Source: a virus
Lineage: Duplodnaviria; Caudoviricetes
Direction: 5' to 3' (one strand)
DNA length: 38,957 bases
Virus record (IMG/VR): IMGVR_UViG_3300022863_000001
Coordinates: 1 to 38,957 of that record
Positions within the stretch are counted from its first letter, which is position 1. Each line of letters starts with the position of its first letter. The notes beneath the pieces were generated by a model. It was not told the origin of the DNA and searched no databases. It was given only the letters and a program-made list of their open reading frames with translations. Below are positions 15,712 to 24,258 of the stretch, in pieces. Position numbers and translations under genes: made by a program.

Positions 15712-16131
15712 ATGGAAACTCAACCTAAAAGTTTGATTGAAGACGTCACAGCATTCCATGAGAAGTTCAAGTTGGAACCCCTGGCTAAGCCAGGGTTTCT
15801 ACCTCCTTCTCTTATGGAGTTCCGCCTTAAGTTTCTCAAGGAGGAGCTGGACGAGATTGTTGAAGGTACGATAAGCCAAGACTTGCCTGAGGTTCTTGAC
15901 GGCTTGGTTGACATTGTTTATGTTGCCATTGGTACAGCCTATTTGATGGGCCTGCCATTCCAGGCGGCATGGGACGAAGTCCAGCGAGCCAATATGTCCA
16001 AGGTCCGTGCCAAGCGACCAGAGGAAAGCAAGCGAGGTTCGTCTTATGACGTTGTCAAACCTAAGGATTGGGTTTCTCCTGATATTGGCAGCATTATTGA
16101 GCAGTATGAACTTGACTTGGGAGGTCTGTAA
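15712..16131 (+). CDS. MazG-like nucleotide pyrophosphohydrolase
   Basis: FHEKF, LKEELDE, EVLDGLVDIVYVAIG, WDEVQRANMSK, KP..W. Confidence 0.9.
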   Translation: METQPKSLIEDVTAFHEKFKLEPLAKPGFLPPSLMEFRLKFLKEELDEIVEGTISQDLPEVLDGLVDIVYVAIGTAYLMGLPFQAAWDEVQRANMSKVRAKRPEESKRGSSYDVVKPKDWVSPDIGSIIEQYELDLGGL

Positions 16132-16400
16132 TGTCAGTTGAAAAGACTTTGGCCGAACGAGGTAAGCGTTACGGTGCCTTTGTTGACCATTCCGAAATCT
16201 CGCAAGAGCTTAAAATGGTTATGATGATAACACCAGGCTGGAAGCGGCTTACTTTTGCGCAAAAAGAAAGTCTTGAGATGATACAGCACAAAGTTGCTCG
16301 CATCCTTAACGGCGACCCAAACTATGCAGACAACTGGCATGACATTGGCGGGTATGCCAAACTTGCTGAGGACCTGTGCACGTCGGAGAAAAAGAAATGA
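16131..16400 (+). CDS. DUF6378-like protein
   Basis: TLAERGKRYG.F...KVARILNGDPNYADNWHDIGGYA. Confidence 0.8.
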   Translation: MSVEKTLAERGKRYGAFVDHSEISQELKMVMMITPGWKRLTFAQKESLEMIQHKVARILNGDPNYADNWHDIGGYAKLAEDLCTSEKKK

Positions 16401-17218
16401 GCAAATTGTCCCAGTACGAACATGACTATGCGGCTTTGGTTGATGACATCCTGATGAATGGCACTATGCGCCAGACTAGGAATGCAGTGACCAAGTCGGT
16501 CTTTGGACGTCAGTTGCGGGTCACGACCCCTACTGGCGACTTGCCTATTCTTTGCGGTCGTCGCATGTATCCTAAGGGAGTAATTGGCGAGTTGGCTGCA
16601 ATGCTTAAAGGCCCAAAGACTGTCCAGGATTTTAAGGACATGGGTTGCAACTATTGGGATAAGTGGGCTAAACCGGATGGCACCATTGAGGTTGACTATG
16701 GCAATGCCTGGCTCGACTTTAATGGTGTCAACCAACTTGACGAAGTTATTGAGAGCATCCGCCAAGACCCTTACGGTCGACGGCACATTATCTCAGGCTG
16801 GCGTCCTGACAGACTGAAGCAATTGAGTTTGCCATGCTGTCATATTCTTTACCAGTGGTATGTACGTGAAGGCAAACTTGACATGATTTGGTACCAGAGG
16901 TCGGTCGACACAATGGTTGGTCTTCCTTCTGATGTCTTGGTGGCCCATGTTTGGAACATGCTTATGGCCAAGGAAACAGAGTTGGAACCTGGCGAGATAA
17001 TTATGATGCTGGGCGACACTCACATTTATGAGCCTCATTTTACGATTGCCGCAGAGTATACAACGCGTGTGCACAGAATGGGAGCTGGTCTTGAGCAGTT
17101 CATTTACCCGTGTACAACTATGCGAGCTTTTGCAACTGTAAGGCATTTTCACCCATCAGATGTAAACATTTTTGGATACCAACCGCTCGAAAAAATGAAC
17201 CTTGAACTTTTGGTGTAG
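16397..17218 (+). CDS. Thymidylate synthase-family enzyme with Asp at the Asn177 position (probable dCMP-specific methyl or hydroxymethyl transferase)
   Basis: GRRH, LPCCH, QRSVDTMVGLPSD versus E. coli QRSCDVFLGLPFN, GDTHIY. Confidence 0.92.
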   Translation: MSKLSQYEHDYAALVDDILMNGTMRQTRNAVTKSVFGRQLRVTTPTGDLPILCGRRMYPKGVIGELAAMLKGPKTVQDFKDMGCNYWDKWAKPDGTIEVDYGNAWLDFNGVNQLDEVIESIRQDPYGRRHIISGWRPDRLKQLSLPCCHILYQWYVREGKLDMIWYQRSVDTMVGLPSDVLVAHVWNMLMAKETELEPGEIIMMLGDTHIYEPHFTIAAEYTTRVHRMGAGLEQFIYPCTTMRAFATVRHFHPSDVNIFGYQPLEKMNLELLV

Positions 17219-17220
17219 AC

Positions 17221-17676
17221 ATGAATAAGTGGGATATGCGCTTTATGGAAATGGCCGCTATGGTGGCCAACTGGTCTAAGGACCCAGACAAGCAAGTTGG
17301 CGCCGTCGTAGTCAACCAGGAAAATCGGGTTATGGCTGTTGGGTTCAATGGTTTTGCGCGAGGTGTTGAGGATACACCTGAGAGACTGTTTGACAAGCCA
17401 ACCAAGTTGGCACTAATGCTGCATGCCGAGGATAATGCCATTGAGCAGGCAACCAAGCTTTGGACTGGTGCCGATGCAATGTGCACGCTTTATGTTTACC
17501 CATGTCCACCTTGTGCTGCGTGTGCCAACAGGATTGTTCGGGCAGGCTTTGTCGGCCGAGTCGTTTGTCCTACCGTCAACTTGCAAGAAGAGAACTCTTC
17601 ATGGACGGCTCAGCAACTTATGGCGCAAAGCATCTTGACTGAAGTTGGCATTGCTTGTGAAGGACTTGACATATGA
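17221..17676 (+). CDS. dCMP deaminase family protein
   Basis: WSKDP..QVGAV, GFNG, HAE.NA, PCxxC zinc motif. Confidence 0.92.
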   Translation: MNKWDMRFMEMAAMVANWSKDPDKQVGAVVVNQENRVMAVGFNGFARGVEDTPERLFDKPTKLALMLHAEDNAIEQATKLWTGADAMCTLYVYPCPPCAACANRIVRAGFVGRVVCPTVNLQEENSSWTAQQLMAQSILTEVGIACEGLDI

Positions 17677-18125
17677 AAATGGTATTGGTGCAAAGTGCAG
17701 ATGGTTTCTTGGCGCGAGATGAAGAAGATGATATGGCATGGAGCGGCAGAGAAGACAAAGCAGTTTTCAGGTTGCTTACATTGTTTGATGGCGAACTACT
17801 ATTTGCCGGTCGTAAGACTTATGACCTTTTGCCTGCTTTGAAAGGCCGCACAGTTATGTGCATCAGCCGGGATGATTTGACAATGGACTTGGCAGCGCGT
17901 AAGTTTCCAAATGGCGTTATTATAGGCGGGCCATCAGTGGCCACTTATGCCTTGGCAAAGAAGTTGGTTACTCAATTTGCCTTTATCAAGGTTCCTGTCA
18001 AACTTGGGTCTGGTATCTCAGCCAGAGGTCTGGTTGCTTTAGCAGACACGACCTTTAAGGAGCATGCGGACCTGATGCTTGGAACCTTGGACATTCGGCT
18101 CTATTACGGAGGCCAATTTGGCTGA
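17673..18125 (+). CDS. Dihydrofolate reductase-like protein
   Basis: SADG..A, MAW...ED...F, GRKTY..LP.L.GR, IIGG motifs; adjacent to TS homolog. Confidence 0.8.
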   Translation: MKMVLVQSADGFLARDEEDDMAWSGREDKAVFRLLTLFDGELLFAGRKTYDLLPALKGRTVMCISRDDLTMDLAARKFPNGVIIGGPSVATYALAKKLVTQFAFIKVPVKLGSGISARGLVALADTTFKEHADLMLGTLDIRLYYGGQFG

Positions 18126-18271
18126 AAATGACCTGTAAAAGCCTCAATAAACGACCCGTACGCAGCTTTAAGACCCTGGGCCCTAGGGTTATAAGGGTAA
18201 GGAGACGAAAGTAAACCAGCGGATTAGTTTCACAGTGTTTTGGAGGCTTTTATGGGGCAGTTTCGGTCAGA
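18117..18271 (+). other. Long imperfect RNA stem-loop (26-bp core stem 18120-18145/18243-18268)
   Basis: 20 Watson-Crick pairs, 4 G-U wobbles and 2 mismatches on the + strand; 3' arm covers GAGG and ATG 18252. Confidence 0.6.
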
Positions 18272-18379
18272 GTTTGACCCAGAAATAGACTGGGAGCTTG
18301 TGGTACTTGGCGGCACAATAACCAGTGGTTGTGAAGTAACCTGGTTTGAACGCACAACAATGAAGCCCAGAGGACTAAA

Positions 18380-18637
18380 ATGTCAAACACCAAAATCATT
18401 GATGAACTCATTGACAATATCACAGCCAGCGTCCAGCACGACATCTTGGCCCGTGAACGGCGTTATGATTATGGGAGAATTATCCTCCACCATTTGTCGA
18501 GACTTGCTTGTTTCGACCATGCTCTTAAAGAATGGGCTGAGGCAAATCCACTGGAAGCCGCCGCACTGGTCGAAGGTACTGGCAAAGTTGTGTTGGGAAG
18601 CCATAGGAGAGAAAGCACGGCTTCCCAACCTCTTTAA
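18380..18637 (+). CDS. Hypothetical protein, last gene of the rightward arm
   Basis: GAGGA RBS; stop overlaps the endolysin stop in TTAA 18634-18637. Confidence 0.65.
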   Translation: MSNTKIIDELIDNITASVQHDILARERRYDYGRIILHHLSRLACFDHALKEWAEANPLEAAALVEGTGKVVLGSHRRESTASQPL

Positions 18638-19098
18638 GCGGCAGCCAAAGTCCCACCAGCAGCAAGGTACCAGGACCTCAGGTCGCTAAACGAGTTCTGA
18701 TGCTGGCCTGAGTTACCACCAGGTAGACTGGCCCACTCATTGCTGCACTTCAGGATTGCTTCATTCAAATTACCGGCGTCGACGTCAGCCTGTGCCTTTC
18801 GTTGGCACACCAACTTATCGCACATATCATCCTGGTCCTCTGGATAGAAATCATAAGACCCGAGCATCTTGCACAAGGACAGGTAAGTGCCATGGACTAT
18901 TTGGTACCTACCTGCTGCTGTTGAGTCGAGAGGACGGTTCAGAATGTCTGGGTGCTTTGAGTAATCCGAAAACAAGATGGGATGTTTAGGCGTTGAGCCA
19001 ACAAGCACATTGTAACCATTGTCTGATGCGGCAATAAGCGCGGCACCAAGTTCACTCATAGCAATCATATCACGGAAAGCTTTACGGTTATCGCCCAT
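18634..19098 (-). CDS. Endolysin, lambda R-like lytic transglycosylase/lysozyme
   Basis: AF.DMIA.SE, GYNVLVG, FSDYSKHP, STAAGRYQ, F.P..QD, EWASLPG. Confidence 0.93.
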   Translation of the reverse strand: MGDNRKAFRDMIAMSELGAALIAASDNGYNVLVGSTPKHPILFSDYSKHPDILNRPLDSTAAGRYQIVHGTYLSLCKMLGSYDFYPEDQDDMCDKLVCQRKAQADVDAGNLNEAILKCSNEWASLPGGNSGQHQNSFSDLRSWYLAAGGTLAAA

Positions 19099-19405
19099 GG
19101 CTGTCTCCTAGTTTGGTGAGGATTGTTTTGATGTCTTTACCAATATCATCCATGCGGTCGTGTACACGTCCCAAGCTGTTATTGACAGCTTCTTCTTTGG
19201 CAAACCGGCGCTCAGCGTCAAGCTGAAAAGCTGAAAGGTCTGCTCGGTGGCGCATGTCTTCGGCATTCAAGTTGGCTGTTGTCGTTGCCGCATCCGTTTC
19301 AATTTTAGTGATGCGAGCGTTATGCCCTTTAACAAACCAACCAGTGACGCCCATGACTACCGCTCCACCGACCTCAATGAGGGGTCGCAATACACCGTCT
19401 TCCAT
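19088..19405 (-). CDS. Single-TM coiled-coil protein of the lysis module (holin/antiholin-like)
   Basis: N-terminal hydrophobic helix then coiled coil; GAGG RBS; adjacent to endolysin. Confidence 0.6.
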   Translation of the reverse strand: MEDGVLRPLIEVGGAVVMGVTGWFVKGHNARITKIETDAATTTANLNAEDMRHRADLSAFQLDAERRFAKEEAVNNSLGRVHDRMDDIGKDIKTILTKLGDSHGR

Positions 19406-19417
19406 ACCGCCCTCACG

Positions 19418-20068
19418 TTACACTAGAGAAACAAACAAAGCCAAAGCCCAGGCAATAGGAACATAGAACTCACCCCACTGGGAGGAGTAAGCCGCATTTG
19501 TCCATATCGTCCATGGTGTGTACTTGCCAACAAAGTAGCTGATGGGTTGACCTAGCATCGTTACCAAGACGCCTAGTGCAGCACCATGCCACGACAGTCC
19601 AAACAAAACTGCAGGAACAAAGCCCAAGATACCGCGGTAAAGGCCGACTAAACCCATGCCGCCGAAATCCAAGGCTGTACGCTTCCACATAGGTAAAGCA
19701 TCCCAACCTGCCTGGTCGAACTGAGGCAAGAAGATTGCAGGCCAGCACTTAGGCACCATGATGTCTTTACCCTTCCAGGTAAGAACCTTAATGGCAGGCA
19801 TCAATGACCAAGGTTGTGCCCAGCGCCCCATGTTCATTGCAAACCCATGAGGGATAAGCAACTCAAGGAATCCGGCAACGCATAACCAGATATAAAGACC
19901 AAGGTGAAAACTATGGAAGGATAAAACACCGTAACCTGCACCAAAAGTCAAGCCCCAGAGAATGCGCGCAATGAAGTCGCCTGAGTTCCATGGATTACCG
20001 TTCCGCTCGTAATGGTACATGAAAACAAACAAGGCAATAATGCCTAGCAGTAAAAAAGCTTGTGTCAT
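19418..20068 (-). CDS. Multi-pass Trp/Gly-rich membrane protein of unknown function
   Basis: Several hydrophobic segments; AGGAG RBS before ATG 20068; ATGA overlap with spanin. Confidence 0.75.
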   Translation of the reverse strand: MTQAFLLLGIIALFVFMYHYERNGNPWNSGDFIARILWGLTFGAGYGVLSFHSFHLGLYIWLCVAGFLELLIPHGFAMNMGRWAQPWSLMPAIKVLTWKGKDIMVPKCWPAIFLPQFDQAGWDALPMWKRTALDFGGMGLVGLYRGILGFVPAVLFGLSWHGAALGVLVTMLGQPISYFVGKYTPWTIWTNAAYSSQWGEFYVPIAWALALFVSLV

Positions 20069-20526
20069 TGGTTCTCTCCTTGGTTGTTGAGGTTCCAGGT
20101 CTTCGTGATAAAGTCCTGGCAAGCGCTTAGTTGGAGCCTGTAGCCTTCGCCTTCTGCGGCAAGGTTGAGGAGGGCGGTAGCAGTGACTCCATCTTGGCTA
20201 GTAGGCTTTCCTGTTTGGGCGGTGCCATTATTTCGGCAGGAAGAGCCGGTAGTTGACACGATGACACACTGGGACTTGCGCAAGCTGACAGCATCAGCAA
20301 GCTGAGTAGCGAGAGTTTCACTTTTTTGGCGATAATCATTGGATACATCCTCCGTGATTTTCTTGGCTTCGTTGCAGGACTTTGTGTCAGTGGCGACTTG
20401 GTCTGTAATGGCCGCGCGTTGCTTAGCCTCCAGACGGGCAACATCAACAGCATGGAGAAGGTAACCAAGGACTGCTGTGCAAACAACAGCCAGTATCACC
20501 TTCCAGTTACTTATCACCCACAGCAT
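20065..20526 (-). CDS. Inner-membrane spanin (Rz-like)
   Basis: N-terminal TM, coiled coil, C-terminal L.ACQ.FI; contains embedded lipoprotein ORF. Confidence 0.8.
   Translation of the reverse strand: MLWVISNWKVILAVVCTAVLGYLLHAVDVARLEAKQRAAITDQVATDTKSCNEAKKITEDVSNDYRQKSETLATQLADAVSLRKSQCVIVSTTGSSCRNNGTAQTGKPTSQDGVTATALLNLAAEGEGYRLQLSACQDFITKTWNLNNQGENQ
20127..20339 (-). CDS. Outer-membrane spanin lipoprotein (Rz1-like), embedded in Rz
   Basis: Signal peptide with lipobox LSAC, Pro-rich mature part, GGAGG RBS at 20353-20349, alternate frame inside Rz. Confidence 0.8.
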   Translation of the reverse strand: MIIAKKVKLSLLSLLMLSACASPSVSSCQLPALPAEIMAPPKQESLLAKMESLLPPSSTLPQKAKATGSN

Positions 20527-20716
20527 TGTCTCTCCTCTCTCCAAACTTACCGCCAACATACCCGGCGACATAGGCTCCGACGTACCAACCAAGCGCCTCA
20601 GCCGAGTTGATGCGAACTAAGGCCACAGAAGCCGGAATGAATGACAGGAAGCAAAGCAACCTGGACATTGACATTCGACCATCTGTGTCTGCAAAGAACT
20701 CCAGTACCTTGCCCAT
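20507..20716 (-). CDS. Putative holin (2 TM)
   Basis: 69 aa, DGRMSMSRL followed by two hydrophobic helices and charged C-terminus; first gene of lysis module. Confidence 0.65.
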   Translation of the reverse strand: MGKVLEFFADTDGRMSMSRLLCFLSFIPASVALVRINSAEALGWYVGAYVAGYVGGKFGERRDNAVGDK

Positions 20717-20719
20717 CAG

Positions 20720-21025
20720 TCATACCTTTTGCATAGTTGCCCTAAGTGTCGCAATCTGGTCGTCAAGAGCTTTCACCTTTGCATACCCAGGTGCTGTGGT
20801 ATCTTTGAGTAGTAGCTCGCGCAGTGGCCGTGACAATAATGATTTGACTTCGAGCTGTACAATCTCCTCTAAAACAACCACATTACGCTCCTCTAAAGTA
20901 GGGGCAGGCGGCCACTGGCCTGTGACATCTACCCACCCAGCAGAAATAGCAGCATCAACAAGTTCTTGCTGTGTTTCATCATAGCCAAAAACTTCATTTG
21001 TAGTTGTGTTTCTAAAGTGTTTCAT
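20720..21025 (-). CDS. Putative tail fibre assembly/chaperone protein
   Basis: Directly after tail fibre; ends I..LE....RPLRE......D.QIA.LR. Confidence 0.6.
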   Translation of the reverse strand: MKHFRNTTTNEVFGYDETQQELVDAAISAGWVDVTGQWPPAPTLEERNVVVLEEIVQLEVKSLLSRPLRELLLKDTTAPGYAKVKALDDQIATLRATMQKV

Positions 21026-22215
21026 TAGCGTATCTCCACCCAACGAGTTAAGGTTGAACTTCCAGCATTGCGGAAAAACTGATATGTAGCTCCTAAAGGC
21101 ACAATAAATGTAAACCCAGTTCTGCCAAGAGAAGTTTCTGCGCCATCAAGCACAGTTGTTCCACCAATGATACAAGAAAAGTCAGGGTTGGTTGTTGCAC
21201 TGACTGAACAGTAAACAACAATTGCCCTGCCTGTCGAGTTTGTGTAGGTTGTATTTAAGGCACGACTTGCAGTTACATCTTGGACAGTTTGGTTACCCCC
21301 ACCAATACTTTGCGCTGAAACATAACTGTCCTGTGTGTCAGCGTATGCAGTAGTGGCAACTTTAGTAGAAGCATTCCATGCGGCTTGTGTTACAGCAGTT
21401 GTGTTATTCGCAAGGGTTAAAGCAGTACCATTAACAAAAGCCGTTGTTGCAATATTTGTCGAACTGTCACCCGCAGTTTGTGTTACAGACTTCAAATGAA
21501 GTGCCGGATTAAGAAGTTCCCACCGCGTATTGGCCAGGTTATAAACGACCATACATTCGTGACCAGACCCTGCAATATCACCAGCAGCAAGTGCTGTGCC
21601 GCCTAACTTGGTAATGGTACGAGCAGTTAAACCATTAGGTGCAAAAGTTGGCGTTGTCGTTGCATTGGCGCTTGCTGCACGGAATGAAAGCATCATGCCG
21701 TCAAACAAAGCTGTGAAAGCAGGTGCATAGGTCGCAGTCAAAGCGTCTGCAGTACCGCTCACGCCAACCCAAGGGTCAGTCGTCGAAGCAGGATTGATAA
21801 GCTCCCACCGTGTATTGGCAGTATTGTATTCCGCAAAACAAACAGCCAAAGCGCCTGGAATATCACCAGGAACAAGTGGAACACCACCTTTCTTTGTGAT
21901 AGTGTGAGCAGCCAAACCATTAGGCGCAAAGGTCGGAGTTGCCGTCGCATTAGCAGCAGTCGCAATAAATGCACAAACAGTTTGGTCAGTCAAAGCCCCC
22001 ATAGCAGGGGCAAACGTTGCTGTGATGGCGTCTGCTGTACCTGCTGCAGCAACAATCAGGATGGAAGATGTCGTCACCATTGTTGCAATGTCCGCCATGA
22101 TTTGACGGATGGCATCATTAATACCAGAAGGCGCGCAGCCTTCAGCAACACTAATACCGTTGACCAGGGTGTTGCTTGAAGGGCTTAAGCTGTAATTGGC
22201 AATGCTCCAGGTCAT
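21025..22215 (-). CDS. Tail fibre protein
   Basis: N-terminal AEG.APS.INDA.RQ.MADIA anchor typical of podoviral fibres; Thr/Ala-rich; R.LNTTYTNSTGR.I.V and F.VP.GATY C-terminal fibre motif. Confidence 0.85.
   Translation of the reverse strand: MTWSIANYSLSPSSNTLVNGISVAEGCAPSGINDAIRQIMADIATMVTTSSILIVAAAGTADAITATFAPAMGALTDQTVCAFIATAANATATPTFAPNGLAAHTITKKGGVPLVPGDIPGALAVCFAEYNTANTRWELINPASTTDPWVGVSGTADALTATYAPAFTALFDGMMLSFRAASANATTTPTFAPNGLTARTITKLGGTALAAGDIAGSGHECMVVYNLANTRWELLNPALHLKSVTQTAGDSSTNIATTAFVNGTALTLANNTTAVTQAAWNASTKVATTAYADTQDSYVSAQSIGGGNQTVQDVTASRALNTTYTNSTGRAIVVYCSVSATTNPDFSCIIGGTTVLDGAETSLGRTGFTFIVPLGATYQFFRNAGSSTLTRWVEIR
21502..22041 (-). repeat. Internal duplication of an 85-aa domain in the tail fibre (22041-21787 and 21756-21502)
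   Basis: GTADAITATFAPA...TPTFAPNGL...ANTRWELINPA versus GTADALTATYAPA...TPTFAPNGL...ANTRWELLNPA. Confidence 0.9.
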
Positions 22216-22218
22216 GTT

Positions 22219-24258
22219 CTATTCTCCTTGGTTGGTATTGCTTGTACGTGCACCCATGTAAAAGGGAGCAAGGAAGCGTTGGAAGTTCATTGGCTCACCA
22301 GGTCCTGGTGCAGGGTTGTTGACAAAGTTTGTCGGAGGCTTAGGTGCAAACTGTGCCGCACGGTGCAACATAGGAACTGAGGTCTGAGGGTTCTGGTCAA
22401 GTATCATCTGCGCCGCACGGTCACGAACCGTATCAGAGTTGAGGATTTTGCCCTGGATAGTTTTCAAGATACCTGAGAAGTCAGTCGGCTTATCCCCAAA
22501 CTGGCCACGTAAGGCAGTCTTGGATTGACTGAGCCATTGTTGATTGCGCTGGAAAGCCTGAGCTTGTTGGCTTAGGTTTTCAACAAGGTTATCCAGGGAC
22601 CCATCCTCAGGAACTAGAGGACGAAGCAGGTCACGGTAGTAAGGTTTGCGCAATTGGGTCAAAGCAATGTTTGCGTTGTCAGGTTTGCGTTCCATTTGCT
22701 CGACAAGACCACGAACAGCGCCATTAAGTGCCATTGTTTTTTCTGGGTCAGACAAACCACTTAGACGTGTAACCATTTCCTCTTTATTGGTGCTGTTCCA
22801 AAGGCTACGACCAAGCTTTGCGGCGTCTTGAAGTGAGAACTGGTCAGCTGCAGTCTTTAGATAATTGGCATAGTCAGGACTTGCCGCTTTCATCTTGGAG
22901 ACTAAAGCAGTTTTGAGGCCTTGAGCAATACGCGCATCAGGGCTTAAGGCACCAGTAATAGCATCAGTGCCTGCTGTAATTTGAGCATCAAGCCCGCGCT
23001 TGGCCATGTCAAGCATTTGCATCGAGGGTGTGTCAAGCTTAGGTGGCGTAAAAGGTACACCAGACATGTCTGCTTCACTGCGGGCATATTCAAGGCCAGT
23101 CTGCAGGCCAGATTGGACACGAGGGTTCTGAAGAAGTTGTTGGATGTGAGGGTCTTCTGCAAGACCAGGCACATCAGCAAAAGCTTTTTCAGCAAGAGGT
23201 TGAACAATTGCCTTGCGCTGTGCAGCCAGGTCAATAGCATTTGTGCCTTCACCAGTTGAACCAAGTTGGTCTTTGACCATTTGGGGAATGGCTTCAGCTT
23301 GGTTGGCAACCTTTTGCTCAAGCATATTGGCCATGTACGGGCGGGCAGGACCTGGTTGCTGGGCCAAGTTGTCAGCATAAGCTTCAAGATTGGAACCACC
23401 AACCTCAGCAGGAGACATGCCCGTCGCTTTGACTGCGTCAATGACATCCTGGACAGGCATACCGCCTGCCGCATCATTACCCAACACCTGACCAACTTGG
23501 CGAAGGGCTGCATGTTCTGGAAACAAATGGTCTTCTGCAATACCGGCTAAAAGTTTAGGAACATAAGAAACCCCGTTCCACACCAAGCCTCCTACTTTGC
23601 CTGCAACAGTTACAGCAGGAGGACTGGCAGCAGCCATGCTGCCATAAGCCACAGCATCTTCAGCACCAAGTTTCAAACGATTGCCTATGCCATCCTCGCC
23701 TGACATAAAGCCAGTCACACCGCCGATTGGAGCAGCGACGCGGGCACCAGCAAGTGACTGTGCATACCAAGGCGCACCTTTGGCAGCAACACCATAAGCC
23801 GCAAGAGGCGCAGTGGCAATCAGCCCAACAGACGCAGGTCCCCATTGAGTTGGATTATACCAGGAGTCACCAGCGCGTGCAGTCTCAAAGTCTTTGGAGA
23901 CCTGACGGATATTCTTAAGGCTGCTGTCATACTCGTTCGAGTAAGCTTGACCTACCGGTTGGCCAGTTACTGCAGCATTGAGTGCAGCGGCGCCACTACG
24001 CACGCCTGCACCAATCTCATCACTAGCGCCGAAAAGCCCATTCCCAGCATGAACAAGAAACCGTAAAGCATCCATCCCGCCAGCTTTATAATCACCCGCC
24101 GTAGCGTTTTGAAGAACATCTTTTGCCTTGTCTAAAAAGGACGGTTCCTGAACTACAGGTGCCGCCGGTTGCGTTGGAGCCGGTGCCTGAGCGTCGAACT
24201 GGTCAAACGGATTAGGCTGAGGGCTCGGTTGAGCGTCGAACTGGTCGAATGGGTTCAT
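22219..24258 (-). CDS. Internal virion / DNA ejection protein (679 aa)
   Basis: NPFDQFD repeats at N-terminus, Ala/Gly/Gln-rich, position before tail fibre. Confidence 0.7.
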   Translation of the reverse strand: MNPFDQFDAQPSPQPNPFDQFDAQAPAPTQPAAPVVQEPSFLDKAKDVLQNATAGDYKAGGMDALRFLVHAGNGLFGASDEIGAGVRSGAAALNAAVTGQPVGQAYSNEYDSSLKNIRQVSKDFETARAGDSWYNPTQWGPASVGLIATAPLAAYGVAAKGAPWYAQSLAGARVAAPIGGVTGFMSGEDGIGNRLKLGAEDAVAYGSMAAASPPAVTVAGKVGGLVWNGVSYVPKLLAGIAEDHLFPEHAALRQVGQVLGNDAAGGMPVQDVIDAVKATGMSPAEVGGSNLEAYADNLAQQPGPARPYMANMLEQKVANQAEAIPQMVKDQLGSTGEGTNAIDLAAQRKAIVQPLAEKAFADVPGLAEDPHIQQLLQNPRVQSGLQTGLEYARSEADMSGVPFTPPKLDTPSMQMLDMAKRGLDAQITAGTDAITGALSPDARIAQGLKTALVSKMKAASPDYANYLKTAADQFSLQDAAKLGRSLWNSTNKEEMVTRLSGLSDPEKTMALNGAVRGLVEQMERKPDNANIALTQLRKPYYRDLLRPLVPEDGSLDNLVENLSQQAQAFQRNQQWLSQSKTALRGQFGDKPTDFSGILKTIQGKILNSDTVRDRAAQMILDQNPQTSVPMLHRAAQFAPKPPTNFVNNPAPGPGEPMNFQRFLAPFYMGARTSNTNQGE

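Noticed and set aside
21025-22215. Diversity-generating retroelement or invertible tail fibre cassette
   Set aside because: No reverse transcriptase or invertase; the repeats are in-frame domain duplications without adenine-specific differences
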